From Runella sp. (lineage in GTDB: Bacteria; Bacteroidota; Bacteroidia; Cytophagales; Spirosomataceae): DNA of 64,000 nucleotides. The stretch's first letter is position 1. Each line of letters begins with the position of its first letter. Below are positions 1 to 9,359 of this stretch, one piece after another. A program made the position numbers and the translations under genes. The stretch lies in contig NZ_JAIXST010000034.1 in NCBI RefSeq assembly GCF_027484545.1, forward strand, positions 1,211 to 65,210, in the 5' to 3' direction. A model generated the notes under the pieces. That model saw only the letters and a list, made by a program, of their open reading frames with translations. It did not search any database and had not been told where the DNA came from.

Positions 1-1011
1 CTTGATTATATTCTGATTCGTGAAGGAAGTGCGGCCAAAAACTTTGAAGCATTAATTCTGCTTATGGCCGATTATCCGACGCGACTTATGTTTTGCTCCG
101 ACGACAAACACCCGGATAATCTCGTTGCAGGTCACATCAATCAGTTGGTAAAACGTGCTTTGGCCAAAGGACATAAGCTCTTTGATGTTTTGAGAGTAGC
201 CTGTCTCAATCCTGCCTTGCATTATCGCCTTCCCGTGGGGCTGTTGCGGGAAGGCGATCCGGCCGATTTTATTGTGGTGGATAATTTGGAAGATTTTAAC
301 GTACTGGAAACCTACATCAACGGGCAAAAGGTAGCCGAGCGCGGTGTCTCGTTTCTTCCTGATTTGCGGAGTCCGATGGTGAATCAGTTTGATTGTCAGC
401 CCTGTCAGTCGGCTGACTTGGCAGTAGAAGCACCTGCTGAGCACGTAAGGTTGAAAGTAATAGAGGCGTTGGATGGGCAGTTGATTACCAATGCTTTGGA
501 ATTTCCTGCTCGGATTGTAAATGGAACCATTGTGCCCGATGTTGAAAATGATATTTTGAAAATAGTGGTTGTCAATCGCTATCATCCAGCACCCGTGGCA
601 GTGGGATTTATCAAAAATTTTGGTCTGAAAGAAGGGGCTATTGCGTCGTCGGTAGCGCATGATTCGCACAATATCATCGCTGTGGGGTGCGATGATGAAA
701 GCTTGGCCCGAGCTATCAATTTGGTCATTGAGGCAAAAGGCGGAGTCAGTGCAATACAGGACGACAAAACCGCGTTTTTATTAGCGCTGCCTATAGCGGG
801 ACTGATGTCTGATGAGGATGGATACGAGGTTGCACGACAATATACAGCGATTGATGATTTTGTTAAAAAAATATTAAAATCTTCGCTGACTTCTCCCTTT
901 ATGACACTCTCTTTTATGGCATTACTGGTAATTCCTTCTCTGAAAATGAGTGACTTAGGGATTTTTGATGGGCAAAGTTTCAATTTTGCCAAATATTATT
1001 TTGAAAATTAA
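1..1011 (+). CDS. ade: Adenine deaminase, C-terminal part (5' end outside window)
   Basis: Frame is open from base 1 (LDYILIREGSAAKNFEAL) into ORF 64..1011; motifs FCSDDKHP, NPALHYRL, ASSVAHDSHNIIAVG, LPIAGLMS, PFMTLSFMALLVIP. Confidence 0.93.
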   Translation, partial: LDYILIREGSAAKNFEALILLMADYPTRLMFCSDDKHPDNLVAGHINQLVKRALAKGHKLFDVLRVACLNPALHYRLPVGLLREGDPADFIVVDNLEDFNVLETYINGQKVAERGVSFLPDLRSPMVNQFDCQPCQSADLAVEAPAEHVRLKVIEALDGQLITNALEFPARIVNGTIVPDVENDILKIVVVNRYHPAPVAVGFIKNFGLKEGAIASSVAHDSHNIIAVGCDDESLARAINLVIEAKGGVSAIQDDKTAFLLALPIAGLMSDEDGYEVARQYTAIDDFVKKILKSSLTSPFMTLSFMALLVIPSLKMSDLGIFDGQSFNFAKYYFEN

Positions 1012-1057
1012 TTGTAAAAAAAACACTTTTTATTTTGCAACTTATTATAAAGAAAAT

Positions 1058-1065
1058 TACATTTG
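1058..1065 (+). promoter_or_regulatory. Bacteroidetes housekeeping promoter -7 element (TACATTTG) for the ECF sigma gene
   Basis: Matches the TAnnTTTG consensus just upstream of the ORF. Confidence 0.5.
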
Positions 1066-1073
1066 AGTCGTGA

Positions 1074-1685
1074 TTGTTTCTCAACCCCAAACCCCTCCCC
1101 CCAATGCCCCGGTTTCATCTAACTACCCAAGAAGAGGTAACGCTCTGGAATCAGTTCCGTCAGGACGACGAAGCCTCATTCGCAAAACTTTACCAATGCT
1201 ACGTTCAACTTTTGTACAACTATTGTACACAATTTAGCGCCGACAAAGCATTGATTAAGGATTGTATCCACGATTTATTTGTGGAGCTTTGGCAGCATCG
1301 CCGTACACTGGGCGATACGACTTCGGTGCGTTATTATTTGATGGCTTCTATCAAGCGCAAGCTGGTACGTCATCTCAATGCCCAACAAAAAAATACGAGT
1401 AGTGAAGAAATTCCACTCGAGTATCACCACTTGTACACTGCTTCGGCAGAGTCGTACGTGATTGCACAGGAAGAATATTTACAAACCAATCGTAACTTGA
1501 ACGAAGCGATGGAGCGTTTACCACGCCGTCAGCGTGAGGCGATTTTCCTGAAATTTTATGTTAACATGACCAATGAAGAGATTTCTAACTTCATGAAAAT
1601 CAACATTCAATCGGTTTACAACCTTGTATTTGGTGCTTTGAACAGTATGAAAAAGCAGTTGACTGTAGAGCACGTGATTGTGTAG
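1074..1685 (+). CDS. ECF-type sigma-70 RNA polymerase sigma factor (start may be ATG 1104)
   Basis: Region 2 DCIHDLFVELW and region 4 LPRRQREAIFLKF...EEISNFMKINIQSVYNLV. Confidence 0.9.
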   Translation: MFLNPKPLPPMPRFHLTTQEEVTLWNQFRQDDEASFAKLYQCYVQLLYNYCTQFSADKALIKDCIHDLFVELWQHRRTLGDTTSVRYYLMASIKRKLVRHLNAQQKNTSSEEIPLEYHHLYTASAESYVIAQEEYLQTNRNLNEAMERLPRRQREAIFLKFYVNMTNEEISNFMKINIQSVYNLVFGALNSMKKQLTVEHVIV

Positions 1686-1704
1686 GAATTAAAAATAGTA
1701 GAGA

Positions 1705-1748
1705 ACAACAAAACGCCCGCAGAAATTCATCTGCGGGCGTTTTGTTGT
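1705..1748. terminator. Intrinsic terminator hairpin after the sigma gene
   Basis: Perfect 19-bp inverted repeat ACAACAAAACGCCCGCAGA / TCTGCGGGCGTTTTGTTGT with 6-nt loop. Confidence 0.85.
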
Positions 1749-1787
1749 CTATAGCGGGCCTGAGAACGTTTGATATTGTAAAAATGT

Positions 1788-1795
1788 TAAATTTG
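1788..1795 (+). promoter_or_regulatory. -7 promoter element (TAAATTTG) for the toxin-antitoxin pair
   Basis: TAnnTTTG about 40 nt upstream of ATG 1834. Confidence 0.5.
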
Positions 1796-1833
1796 TAAAA
1801 GAGAAGTATAATCACGCATAAACAACTACTGCA

Positions 1834-2037
1834 ATGACGGCAATTATTGATAAAGCTTTAGTAAAACAAGCACTTAAAGAATTGATTCAAGAAGACCCTG
1901 TAACTTTCAAAGCCTTGTTGAAAGAAGTTTTGAATGAGTCTTTTCTTACTGCAAATCAAGAAGAAGATGTAGAAATAGAGCAGCTTATTTATAAAAATTT
2001 TGACCGTTATTCAGCCACTTTTAAGGCATTGGCCTGA
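1834..2037 (+). CDS. Putative antitoxin for the downstream Doc toxin (67 aa)
   Basis: Small acidic ORF coupled to the toxin by a TGATG overlap; C-terminal amphipathic RYSATFKALA resembles the tails of Doc antitoxins. Confidence 0.65.
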   Translation: MTAIIDKALVKQALKELIQEDPVTFKALLKEVLNESFLTANQEEDVEIEQLIYKNFDRYSATFKALA

Positions 2038-2438
2038 TGCGTTATTTGACAAAAAAGCAGGTTGTTCGGTTTAATAGAGCAACTATTCAAGAGCATGGCG
2101 GCAATTTTACGCCTCCCGATAACTTCCTTCACGAAGAAAATTTAGATTATTTAATCGAAGCGGTACAAGCCGAAATGTTTGGCGCACCTTTGTACCCTTC
2201 TATTGCCGATAAAGCCGCGCTTTATTGTTACAATATCATCTGCAATCACATCTTCATTGATGGCAACAAACGCACAGGTCTTGCAGCTGCTTTAGTCTTT
2301 CTCAACCTAAACGGCTTCGATTTATCTATCAACATAAATGATCATGTCTTAACCGATTTCATTATCAAAATAGCCTCCGGTGAATCCAACTTGGAAGAAT
2401 GTCGCGAATGGTTTGCAGAAAATAGTGTGGAGTTATAA
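2037..2438 (+). CDS. Fic/Doc family (death-on-curing) type II toxin
   Basis: Doc motif HIFIDGNKRTG; also LYPSIADKAA. Confidence 0.92.
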   Translation: MRYLTKKQVVRFNRATIQEHGGNFTPPDNFLHEENLDYLIEAVQAEMFGAPLYPSIADKAALYCYNIICNHIFIDGNKRTGLAAALVFLNLNGFDLSININDHVLTDFIIKIASGESNLEECREWFAENSVEL

Positions 2439-2466
2439 ATCCCCAATAAAAACGGACTCTTAGCGC

Positions 2467-3006
2467 TCAAGACTTAAACTTCTGCCATACATACCGACAA
2501 ACATTGACACTTTTTCCTCCCGGCATTATTTCTGAGAAATCAGCCTGCTTTACCCCGCCCACTTTCTCATAAAAAAATCGGGCAGCATGATTGTCTTCGA
2601 GGACTTTCAGGTAGAGCTTGGGTTGATTGAAATGTTGAAGACTCCAATTAGACACTTCTTTCATTAAATCCCTACCAATCCCTTTTCCTTTGAAAGAAGG
2701 TAATACGTGGAGATTGTCAATAAATGTCCCGAAATTGTCGGTGGAACTTCCGTAGGCACATACAAACCCAACGACTGAATTGTCTATTTCTTTGAGTAGG
2801 ATGATTTGATGAGCAGGAGGTTCATTTATTTTCTGTGTCCACACCTGAATTCGGTCCGCCAAGACGTGATTGTCTAAATAATCGTCGGTAAGCATACCTC
2901 GATAACTGTTTTGCCAGCTCAGGGCGTGCAGGTTAGCGATTGTTTCAATATCGTTGTGAGTGGCTATTCGGAAGTTGTGCATGGTTTTAAGATAAGTAGA
3001 ATTCAA
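2467..3006 (-). CDS. GNAT family N-acetyltransferase
   Basis: LHVLPSFKGKGIGRDLM acetyl-CoA motif A; NHAARFFYEKVG. Confidence 0.88.
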   Translation of the reverse strand: MNSTYLKTMHNFRIATHNDIETIANLHALSWQNSYRGMLTDDYLDNHVLADRIQVWTQKINEPPAHQIILLKEIDNSVVGFVCAYGSSTDNFGTFIDNLHVLPSFKGKGIGRDLMKEVSNWSLQHFNQPKLYLKVLEDNHAARFFYEKVGGVKQADFSEIMPGGKSVNVCRYVWQKFKS

Positions 3007-3056
3007 AAATAATAGAAGTTTGGGAGTCTTTGAAGATAGATTTCTACGAGCGTTTG

Positions 3057-3064
3057 TATTTTTG
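3057..3064 (+). promoter_or_regulatory. -7 promoter element (TATTTTTG) for rarA
   Basis: TAnnTTTG 26 nt upstream of ATG 3090. Confidence 0.5.
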
Positions 3065-3089
3065 TGCCCACTATTAACAAGCCAACCCT

Positions 3090-4352
3090 ATGTCTGCTCC
3101 CCTGCCTGAACGAATGCGTCCGCGAAATCTGGATGATTTTATCGGCCAAAAGAAATTAGTAGGTCCTAATGGGGCGCTGCGACGTGCCATTACTAACAAC
3201 CTCGTTCCGTCTTTGATTTTGTGGGGGCCGTCTGGCGTTGGCAAAACGACGTTGGCGTTGCTGATTGCAGAAACGACCAAGCGTGTATTTTATCCCTTGA
3301 GTGCCATTAATTCGGGCGTAAAAGAATTGCGTGAGGTATTGTCGCGGCCTTCGGGGCTTTTTTCGCCCATTGTGTTTATTGATGAAATTCATCGCTATAA
3401 CAAAAGTCAGCAGGATGCTTTATTGGGAGCGGTTGAAAAGGGACAAATTACGCTCATTGGTGCCACTACTGAAAATCCTTCCTTTGAGATAAATTCCGCT
3501 TTGTTGTCGCGCTGTCAGGTATATATTTTGGAAGGTCTGGGGAAAGATGAACTCATTCAAATGCTGCATCAAGCGGTTGAAAAAGACGAAATTCTGAAAA
3601 CAAAAACCATTCAGTTTGAATCGTATGATGCGCTGTTGCGATTGTCAGGAGGAGATGGGCGTAAACTCTTGAATTTGTTGGAATTGGTTGCCAATGCTCA
3701 TTTTCAGGAATCACCGATTGTGATTACGGACGAGATGGTGACGGAAGTAGCGCAACAAAATTTAGCCCGTTATGATAAATCGGGGGAGCAGCACTACGAC
3801 ATTGCCTCGGCTTTTATTAAATCCATGCGGGGAAGTGATCCCAATGCGGCGCTTTATTGGATGGCACGTATGATAAAAGCGGGCGAAGACCCCGAGTTCA
3901 TCGCGCGTCGGATGTTGATTTTGGCATCGGAAGACATTGGAAATGCGAATCCAACGGCGGTGATTATGGCCAATGCGTGTCTGCAGGCCGTGAAGGCGAT
4001 TGGGTATCCCGAATGTAGAATCGTGTTGGGGCAAGTGGTGGTTTATTTGGCGACTTCTCCCAAAAGTAACGCGAGTTATTTGGCGATTGATGAAGCCTTG
4101 GCTTTGGCCGAAAAAACGGCGCATTTACCTGTCCCTCTGCATTTACGAAATGCTCCCACCAAATTGATGAAGGAGATCGGTTATGGTAAAAACTACCAAT
4201 ACGCTCATGATTTTGAAGGAAATTTTACTCCGCTTGACTTTTTGCCCGACGAATTGAAAGGAACGAAACTCTATCAACCAGGGCAAAATGCCCGCGAAAA
4301 CGAAATCCGTAAACAATTGCAAAAATGGTGGGGCGAATGGTACGGCTATTAA
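3090..4352 (+). CDS. rarA: Replication-associated recombination protein A (AAA+ ATPase)
   Basis: PLPERMRP, Walker A GPSGVGKTT, FIDEIHRYNKSQQDALL, GATTENPSF, SAFIKSMRGSDP, VPLHLRNAPT. Confidence 0.96.
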   Translation: MSAPLPERMRPRNLDDFIGQKKLVGPNGALRRAITNNLVPSLILWGPSGVGKTTLALLIAETTKRVFYPLSAINSGVKELREVLSRPSGLFSPIVFIDEIHRYNKSQQDALLGAVEKGQITLIGATTENPSFEINSALLSRCQVYILEGLGKDELIQMLHQAVEKDEILKTKTIQFESYDALLRLSGGDGRKLLNLLELVANAHFQESPIVITDEMVTEVAQQNLARYDKSGEQHYDIASAFIKSMRGSDPNAALYWMARMIKAGEDPEFIARRMLILASEDIGNANPTAVIMANACLQAVKAIGYPECRIVLGQVVVYLATSPKSNASYLAIDEALALAEKTAHLPVPLHLRNAPTKLMKEIGYGKNYQYAHDFEGNFTPLDFLPDELKGTKLYQPGQNARENEIRKQLQKWWGEWYGY

Positions 4353-5290
4353 AACGATTCTTAGTTCTGGCCCCTTGGGGTGTTTTAGTAGCTTCCTTGA
4401 TTGGTTTTGCGGGAAAATACAGCCGTTGGTTTGACCATTTTTCCAATTTTCGGGTACAGTACTTGCTGCTGAGTATGGCGCTTTTGGTTTACTTTTTAGT
4501 GAAAAAACAGCGTGCAGGAATGGCAATCAGTTTCGTAAGCCTATTGCTGAATGCCTGGTTGGTCGTGAATTGGTTTGACACTTCTCGAAGGAACAGCGAT
4601 TTAAAAGCCGACTTTCGAATTTTTCACGCCAATGTGCTTTTCAAAAACTTAGATTATTTGCCTGTAACAAAACAGATTCAGGAAGAAAAGCCCGATTTTA
4701 TTTCCATCAATGAAGCAACACCGGCGTTTATCAATCATTTCCGAAAGGCACTTGCGGAAGAATATCCGTATACTTTTTACGTAGTTGCTAAAAACAATAC
4801 CAAAGTGTTGGTAGGAAGCCGGACGCCTTTTGTTGTGGATTCTGTGGCGAGTTTTGGCGTGAAAGGAGTACTGAAACTGACGACTTTGGTAAAGGGGAAA
4901 CCGCTGATCATTATTGCCTGTCATGCGTATAATCCGTTGGTTTTAGCCGATTTTGAGATGCGGAATGAGCAATTGAAACAGATGGCTCGTTTGGTAAAAA
5001 AACAAATCAACCCAACGCTCGTTGTGGGGGACCTTAACATTACACCTTGGTCGGCTTTCTATGAGGATTTTATTGTAGAGTCGGGCTTGATAAACTGTCG
5101 ACAGGGTTTTGGATTAAATCCTACTTGGCCCTCTTGGTTTTTTCCCATGTGGATTCCCATTGACCATTGCCTGATTAACAATCAATTGGAAACAGCCGAT
5201 TTTCGAGTCGGGAAGTACAACAAATCCGATCACTTACCTGTTATCATTGATTTACGTTTTATTGATTCTTCGACTTCATCCGGGCGATAG
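4337..5290 (+). CDS. Membrane-anchored endonuclease/exonuclease/phosphatase family protein
   Basis: N-terminal hydrophobic helices, then HANVL, INEA, VGDLNITPWS, PIDHCL, SDHLPV; ORF caller start 4325, second ATG 4337. Confidence 0.85.
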   Translation: MVRLLKRFLVLAPWGVLVASLIGFAGKYSRWFDHFSNFRVQYLLLSMALLVYFLVKKQRAGMAISFVSLLLNAWLVVNWFDTSRRNSDLKADFRIFHANVLFKNLDYLPVTKQIQEEKPDFISINEATPAFINHFRKALAEEYPYTFYVVAKNNTKVLVGSRTPFVVDSVASFGVKGVLKLTTLVKGKPLIIIACHAYNPLVLADFEMRNEQLKQMARLVKKQINPTLVVGDLNITPWSAFYEDFIVESGLINCRQGFGLNPTWPSWFFPMWIPIDHCLINNQLETADFRVGKYNKSDHLPVIIDLRFIDSSTSSGR

Positions 5291-6023
5291 CCGTTTGTGT
5301 GTGTGTTGACAAAACCAAGCTTCCACTTAGGGCGGCCCGTTCCAAAAGAAGCGTATCCCATTGTTCGGTACCTTCCCAAAACACCTTTTTTAATTTGTGC
5401 AATGCATCGGGATTGTATTGAATAAGTTGTTGGGCAAAGGCTTCTATGGCCGCATCCATAGCTTCTGTATTTTCATAGACCTCAGAAAACAGGCCTTTCT
5501 CTTTGGCCCAAGCGGCTTCGTAGAAAGTAGGGGCGTTGAGGGTCATTTGGGAAAAAGAGGCGATTCCAATTTTTCGCTCAATGGCAGGGCCTACCACAAA
5601 AGGCCCAATCCCAATCAGCAATTCACTGAGGCGAACAGCGGCATGTTGGGTGGCAAAACAGTAATCAGTGGCCGCGGCCAAACCAACCCCTCCGCCCACG
5701 GCTTTGCCCTGTACCCGTCCAATAATAAGAACCGGAGAACAGCGGCAGGCATTGATGACTTTGGCAAAGCCCGAAAAAAAAGTCAGGCCTTCGGCTTCGG
5801 TTTGAATAGAAGCTAATTCGTCAAAACTCGCTCCTGCACAGAAAGTACGGTCACCGCCGCTTTTGAGAATGATGATTTTTGCGTTGGGATTTTGCCCCGT
5901 TTGCTCAATGGTATCTGCCAGCAATTGCAAAAGATGCCCCGGCAGGGAGTTTTGAGCCGGATGAAAAAAAGTAACGGTTGCAATACCCTCGGGAGAAAGG
6001 TCGGTGGTGACGTAAGGGCTCAT
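5259..6023 (-). CDS. Enoyl-CoA hydratase/isomerase family protein
   Basis: FCAGASF, GKAVGGGVGLAAATD, LSELLIG; start MSPYVTT at 6023 (the upstream extension in the ORF track overlaps the next gene). Confidence 0.9.
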   Translation of the reverse strand: MSPYVTTDLSPEGIATVTFFHPAQNSLPGHLLQLLADTIEQTGQNPNAKIIILKSGGDRTFCAGASFDELASIQTEAEGLTFFSGFAKVINACRCSPVLIIGRVQGKAVGGGVGLAAATDYCFATQHAAVRLSELLIGIGPFVVGPAIERKIGIASFSQMTLNAPTFYEAAWAKEKGLFSEVYENTEAMDAAIEAFAQQLIQYNPDALHKLKKVFWEGTEQWDTLLLERAALSGSLVLSTHTQTAIARMKSKNQ

Positions 6024-6030
6024 CAGGGAA

Positions 6031-7575
6031 TTATCTTTTTCGTCTTGCTCTTTTTTCGTAGGGCATGTACCAGCACTTGTTGGGGTCTTGGGGCTTGCGG
6101 TGAAAAAAGGGCGCATACAGGCCAAAGTAAAAATCCAAGCCTTGCGGTTTGCCAATGTCGATGATACCGCCCAAGTGGTCGGTGCCGATAATGACCGGTC
6201 CCAAACGCGCCGCCAAACCCACCGCAAAAACGCGGTAATTGTCTATCATAGACACCGGTATGGCCACTTCAATCCAGCGCGTTTCGTAACGCGGTGTAAC
6301 GGCTAAAACAGACTGAGGTTTGATGTCCAAATTGTTATTCCCTCTCAAACTTTGTACTAAAAGGGCATTAACGTACCAGTTTTTTTTGTGATGATAATCA
6401 AAACTGATGTTTGCCGCAGTAGGCAATCCAACGGTAAAGGCACGGGCATTTTGATCGGGATTTACCGGTAAAGATTGATTGAGTGCTGTAAGTGCCTTGC
6501 TGCTTGTATTGGCTTTGTCAAAAAAGCGGTAAGAAAACTGTTGAGCGTTTTTGTTGACATCAATCTCTCTGACGTAATTCAGATTTTTGTAATGAATAGC
6601 CCCTACATCGGTCAATGCCGCCGAAATTCGAAACTTATACTTGCTTTTGTTGGGATCGGGTTCTTTCCCTCCGCGTGGCGCATTCCGTTGAAGTTTTCCA
6701 AAATCAGGGCGATATTCATAAACGGCTCCTATGTCGAACCCCCAGCCTGCACCCGCGGATTGTTTCCCAAACAAAAAACCGGGTGAAGGGCTGATATTAG
6801 TAAAGGCTTCGTCAGTAGTATAGCCGTATTTGGCTTGTAATAGGGTCGCTGAGATGAATTCACGCTCCCGATTAAGATTGTCAACCAATACGCGATAAGT
6901 AGCGTTTTCCATGTCGGCATGAACATTGTACACTCCAACGGCACGCTTGACAGTCGCTCCTATTTTGAGAAAATCTTCGTCATTATCCATGACTACTGCC
7001 CCGAAAGTAGCCCCCAACTCTATATAACCATTGGTAGAGAGTTTGGCTGTTTGATTGGTATACCGTTTGTTTTGTAATTCTAATAAATCAGTACCGTATC
7101 GTATCACCCGTGCCGTTTCTTCAGATACGTTGGTCATGTTCAATAAATAGCGCGCTCTACTCGTAAGACCAATGGCAAAGCGATTTTTTTTAAATGAATA
7201 CAAAACAGAAGGCCCGCGCAGGTCACCACCCATGTGAAAATGTTTGGGTTGACCGTTGAGGCGTTCGGCATAGTAGCTATCTCTCCATATAATAAGCCCT
7301 CGCTCACTGCGGTATTTTTGAGGAACGGTATTGGTAACAAGGCTTAAAAATGAATAGGGGGCGTCGTAGCGGAGATAGTTGTTGATGACGAAAAAATCGT
7401 TGCCAACCAGATTGATGTACAATTTATGACGGGAGTCGGCGGCGTGAGCGGGATTAAGAAAAAGGGCGTTGGTTCCTGCGTAATTACTGGAAGATAAACC
7501 CAACCAATGTTGAGCCTGACTTGGAATACAACTGATTATCCCAATAATAATACTAATCAAAAAGCGATGTAACAT
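6031..7575 (-). CDS. DUF5723-like outer-membrane beta-barrel protein
   Basis: Signal peptide; SNYAGTNALFLNPA, GGDLRGPS, GWGFDIGAVYEYRP, SAALTDVG, GPVIIGTD pattern typical of this Bacteroidetes family. Confidence 0.72.
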   Translation of the reverse strand: MLHRFLISIIIGIISCIPSQAQHWLGLSSSNYAGTNALFLNPAHAADSRHKLYINLVGNDFFVINNYLRYDAPYSFLSLVTNTVPQKYRSERGLIIWRDSYYAERLNGQPKHFHMGGDLRGPSVLYSFKKNRFAIGLTSRARYLLNMTNVSEETARVIRYGTDLLELQNKRYTNQTAKLSTNGYIELGATFGAVVMDNDEDFLKIGATVKRAVGVYNVHADMENATYRVLVDNLNREREFISATLLQAKYGYTTDEAFTNISPSPGFLFGKQSAGAGWGFDIGAVYEYRPDFGKLQRNAPRGGKEPDPNKSKYKFRISAALTDVGAIHYKNLNYVREIDVNKNAQQFSYRFFDKANTSSKALTALNQSLPVNPDQNARAFTVGLPTAANISFDYHHKKNWYVNALLVQSLRGNNNLDIKPQSVLAVTPRYETRWIEVAIPVSMIDNYRVFAVGLAARLGPVIIGTDHLGGIIDIGKPQGLDFYFGLYAPFFHRKPQDPNKCWYMPYEKRARRKR

Positions 7576-7818
7576 CCCCAAAATGTGGTGTTAAGTGTTT
7601 AGAAAGAAGGCGCTGTGAACATTGGTAAGACAGTATATAATTACTTCCCCAAAATAACGCTAAAAGAAGTTATAAAGTACGATATAATTGTATAAATTCA
7701 GAAATGTATTAAGTAATTATCACCGATTTTGATAAATCTCCACAGATAATTTGGCTAAATTCGTGATTTGTCCATATCTTGTTCGGCAAAACAAAAAACT
7801 CACCAACGATTCGCCATT

Positions 7819-9249
7819 ATGCAATTTACTTTCAAAGACTACGATACCGAAAAATTCTTCGACGAGATGTTTACGCCCGATGGTAAAATCCGGCCCGGGT
7901 ATGAAGCTTTTAAACAGAGAGTCGAGCAGTTGAATCAAACTGAACTCATGAATCGCCAGCATACCGCTGAACGTGCCCTGATGTCGATGGGAATCACTTT
8001 TAACGTATATTCTGAAGGTGAAGGAACCGAGCGCATTATGCCGCTTGATATTATTCCCAGAGTAGTATCGGGAGAAGATTGGAATAGGACAGAACAAGGC
8101 CTTATTCAGCGAATTACGGCTCTGAATATGTTTATTGATGATATTTACAATGATCAAAAAATCCTGAAAGACGGCGTTGTACCGCGCGATTTGATTGAAA
8201 CTTCCAAGTGTTATTTGGAAGCTTGCCGTGGTCTTAAACCTCCTAAAGGGATTTGGTGCCATATTACGGGAACCGATTTGATTCGTGGCGATGATGGTGA
8301 ATTTATGGTTTTGGAAGACAACCTTCGTTGTCCGTCGGGAGTATCGTATATGCTCGAAAATCGGGAACTTTCTAAGCAGATTTTCCCCGAAGTATTGGCC
8401 CGTACCGGTGTTCGCCCGGTGTCTGATTATCCGGCGCGCTTGTTTGAAATGCTCAAATTCATTGCTGACCGTCCTGATCCCAATATCGTCGTTCTGACGC
8501 CGGGAATTTACAATTCAGCTTATTTTGAACACTCTTACTTAGCCCAGCAGATGGGAGTGGAGTTGGTAGATGCCCGGGATTTGGTAGTTTCGGGTGGCTA
8601 TGTCAAAATGCGGACTACTCGCGGTTTTGAAATTGTTGATGTGATTTATCGCCGTTTGGATGATACATTTCTTGATCCTCAAGTGTTTAACCCTCATTCG
8701 TTAATCGGTATTCCGGGTATTTTTGAGGTCTTCAAAAAAGGCCGTGTAGCCCTTGCCAATGCGCCGGGTACAGGAGTCGCCGACGACAAGGTAATTTATG
8801 CGTATGTGCCTCGAATCATCAAGTATTATTTAGACCAGGAGGCTATCATTCCTAACGTTCGTACCTACATCTGCCGCGAGCCTGACGATTTGAAATACGT
8901 ATTGGAAAATATTGAGAATTTGGTGGTGAAAGAAGCCAACGAAGCGGGTGGCTACGGAATGTTGATTGGGCCGAAAGCTACCAAAGAAGAACACGAGATT
9001 TTCCGTATAAAAGTGAAAGAAAATCCGCGTAATTACATTGCTCAACCGGTGATCTCATTGTCGAGAGTACCGTGTATTGTGGATGATCACGCTGAAGGCC
9101 GCCACGTGGATTTGCGTCCCTACATTCTTTATGGAGATGGTATCAACGTGATTCCGGGCGGATTAACGCGGGTGGCGTTGCGCAAAGGCTCATTGGTTGT
9201 CAACTCCTCACAAGGGGGAGGTGGAAAAGATACATGGGTAACGTACTAA
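7819..9249 (+). CDS. Circularly permuted type 2 ATP-grasp protein (peptide ligase family)
   Basis: FDEM, VLEDNLRCPSGVSYML, VVLTPGIYNSAYFEHSYLAQQMG, IYRRLDD, NAPGTGVADDK, RHVDLRPY, LVVNSSQGGGGKDTWV. Confidence 0.93.
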   Translation: MQFTFKDYDTEKFFDEMFTPDGKIRPGYEAFKQRVEQLNQTELMNRQHTAERALMSMGITFNVYSEGEGTERIMPLDIIPRVVSGEDWNRTEQGLIQRITALNMFIDDIYNDQKILKDGVVPRDLIETSKCYLEACRGLKPPKGIWCHITGTDLIRGDDGEFMVLEDNLRCPSGVSYMLENRELSKQIFPEVLARTGVRPVSDYPARLFEMLKFIADRPDPNIVVLTPGIYNSAYFEHSYLAQQMGVELVDARDLVVSGGYVKMRTTRGFEIVDVIYRRLDDTFLDPQVFNPHSLIGIPGIFEVFKKGRVALANAPGTGVADDKVIYAYVPRIIKYYLDQEAIIPNVRTYICREPDDLKYVLENIENLVVKEANEAGGYGMLIGPKATKEEHEIFRIKVKENPRNYIAQPVISLSRVPCIVDDHAEGRHVDLRPYILYGDGINVIPGGLTRVALRKGSLVVNSSQGGGGKDTWVTY

Positions 9250-9286
9250 ACAGTTGCCTGCAATAACATAGATTTCTGATCGTTAC

Positions 9287-9327
9287 AAACGTCCTGCCTG
9301 TATTTTTATAATTCAGGCAGGACGTTT
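9287..9327. terminator. Intrinsic terminator after the ATP-grasp gene
   Basis: 14-bp inverted repeat AAACGTCCTGCCTG / CAGGCAGGACGTTT. Confidence 0.75.
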
Positions 9328-9359
9328 ATTTTTATGGATAGTTAAAAACAGATTTTACA

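Noticed and set aside
52-669. 205-aa minus-strand ORF
   Set aside because: Antisense shadow of ade with no recognisable motifs
5329-5340. GGGCGGCCCG, a partial match to the dispersed 15-mer
   Set aside because: Only 9-10 bp and inside coding sequence (ERAAL); compatible with chance
6024-6227. N-terminal extension of the enoyl-CoA hydratase ORF
   Set aside because: Overlaps the 3' end of the DUF5723-like gene in another frame; family similarity starts at MSPYV (6023)
7720-8262. 180-aa minus-strand ORF and many similar 60-170 aa overlapping ORFs in the track
   Set aside because: Shadows of well-supported genes on the other strand or frame
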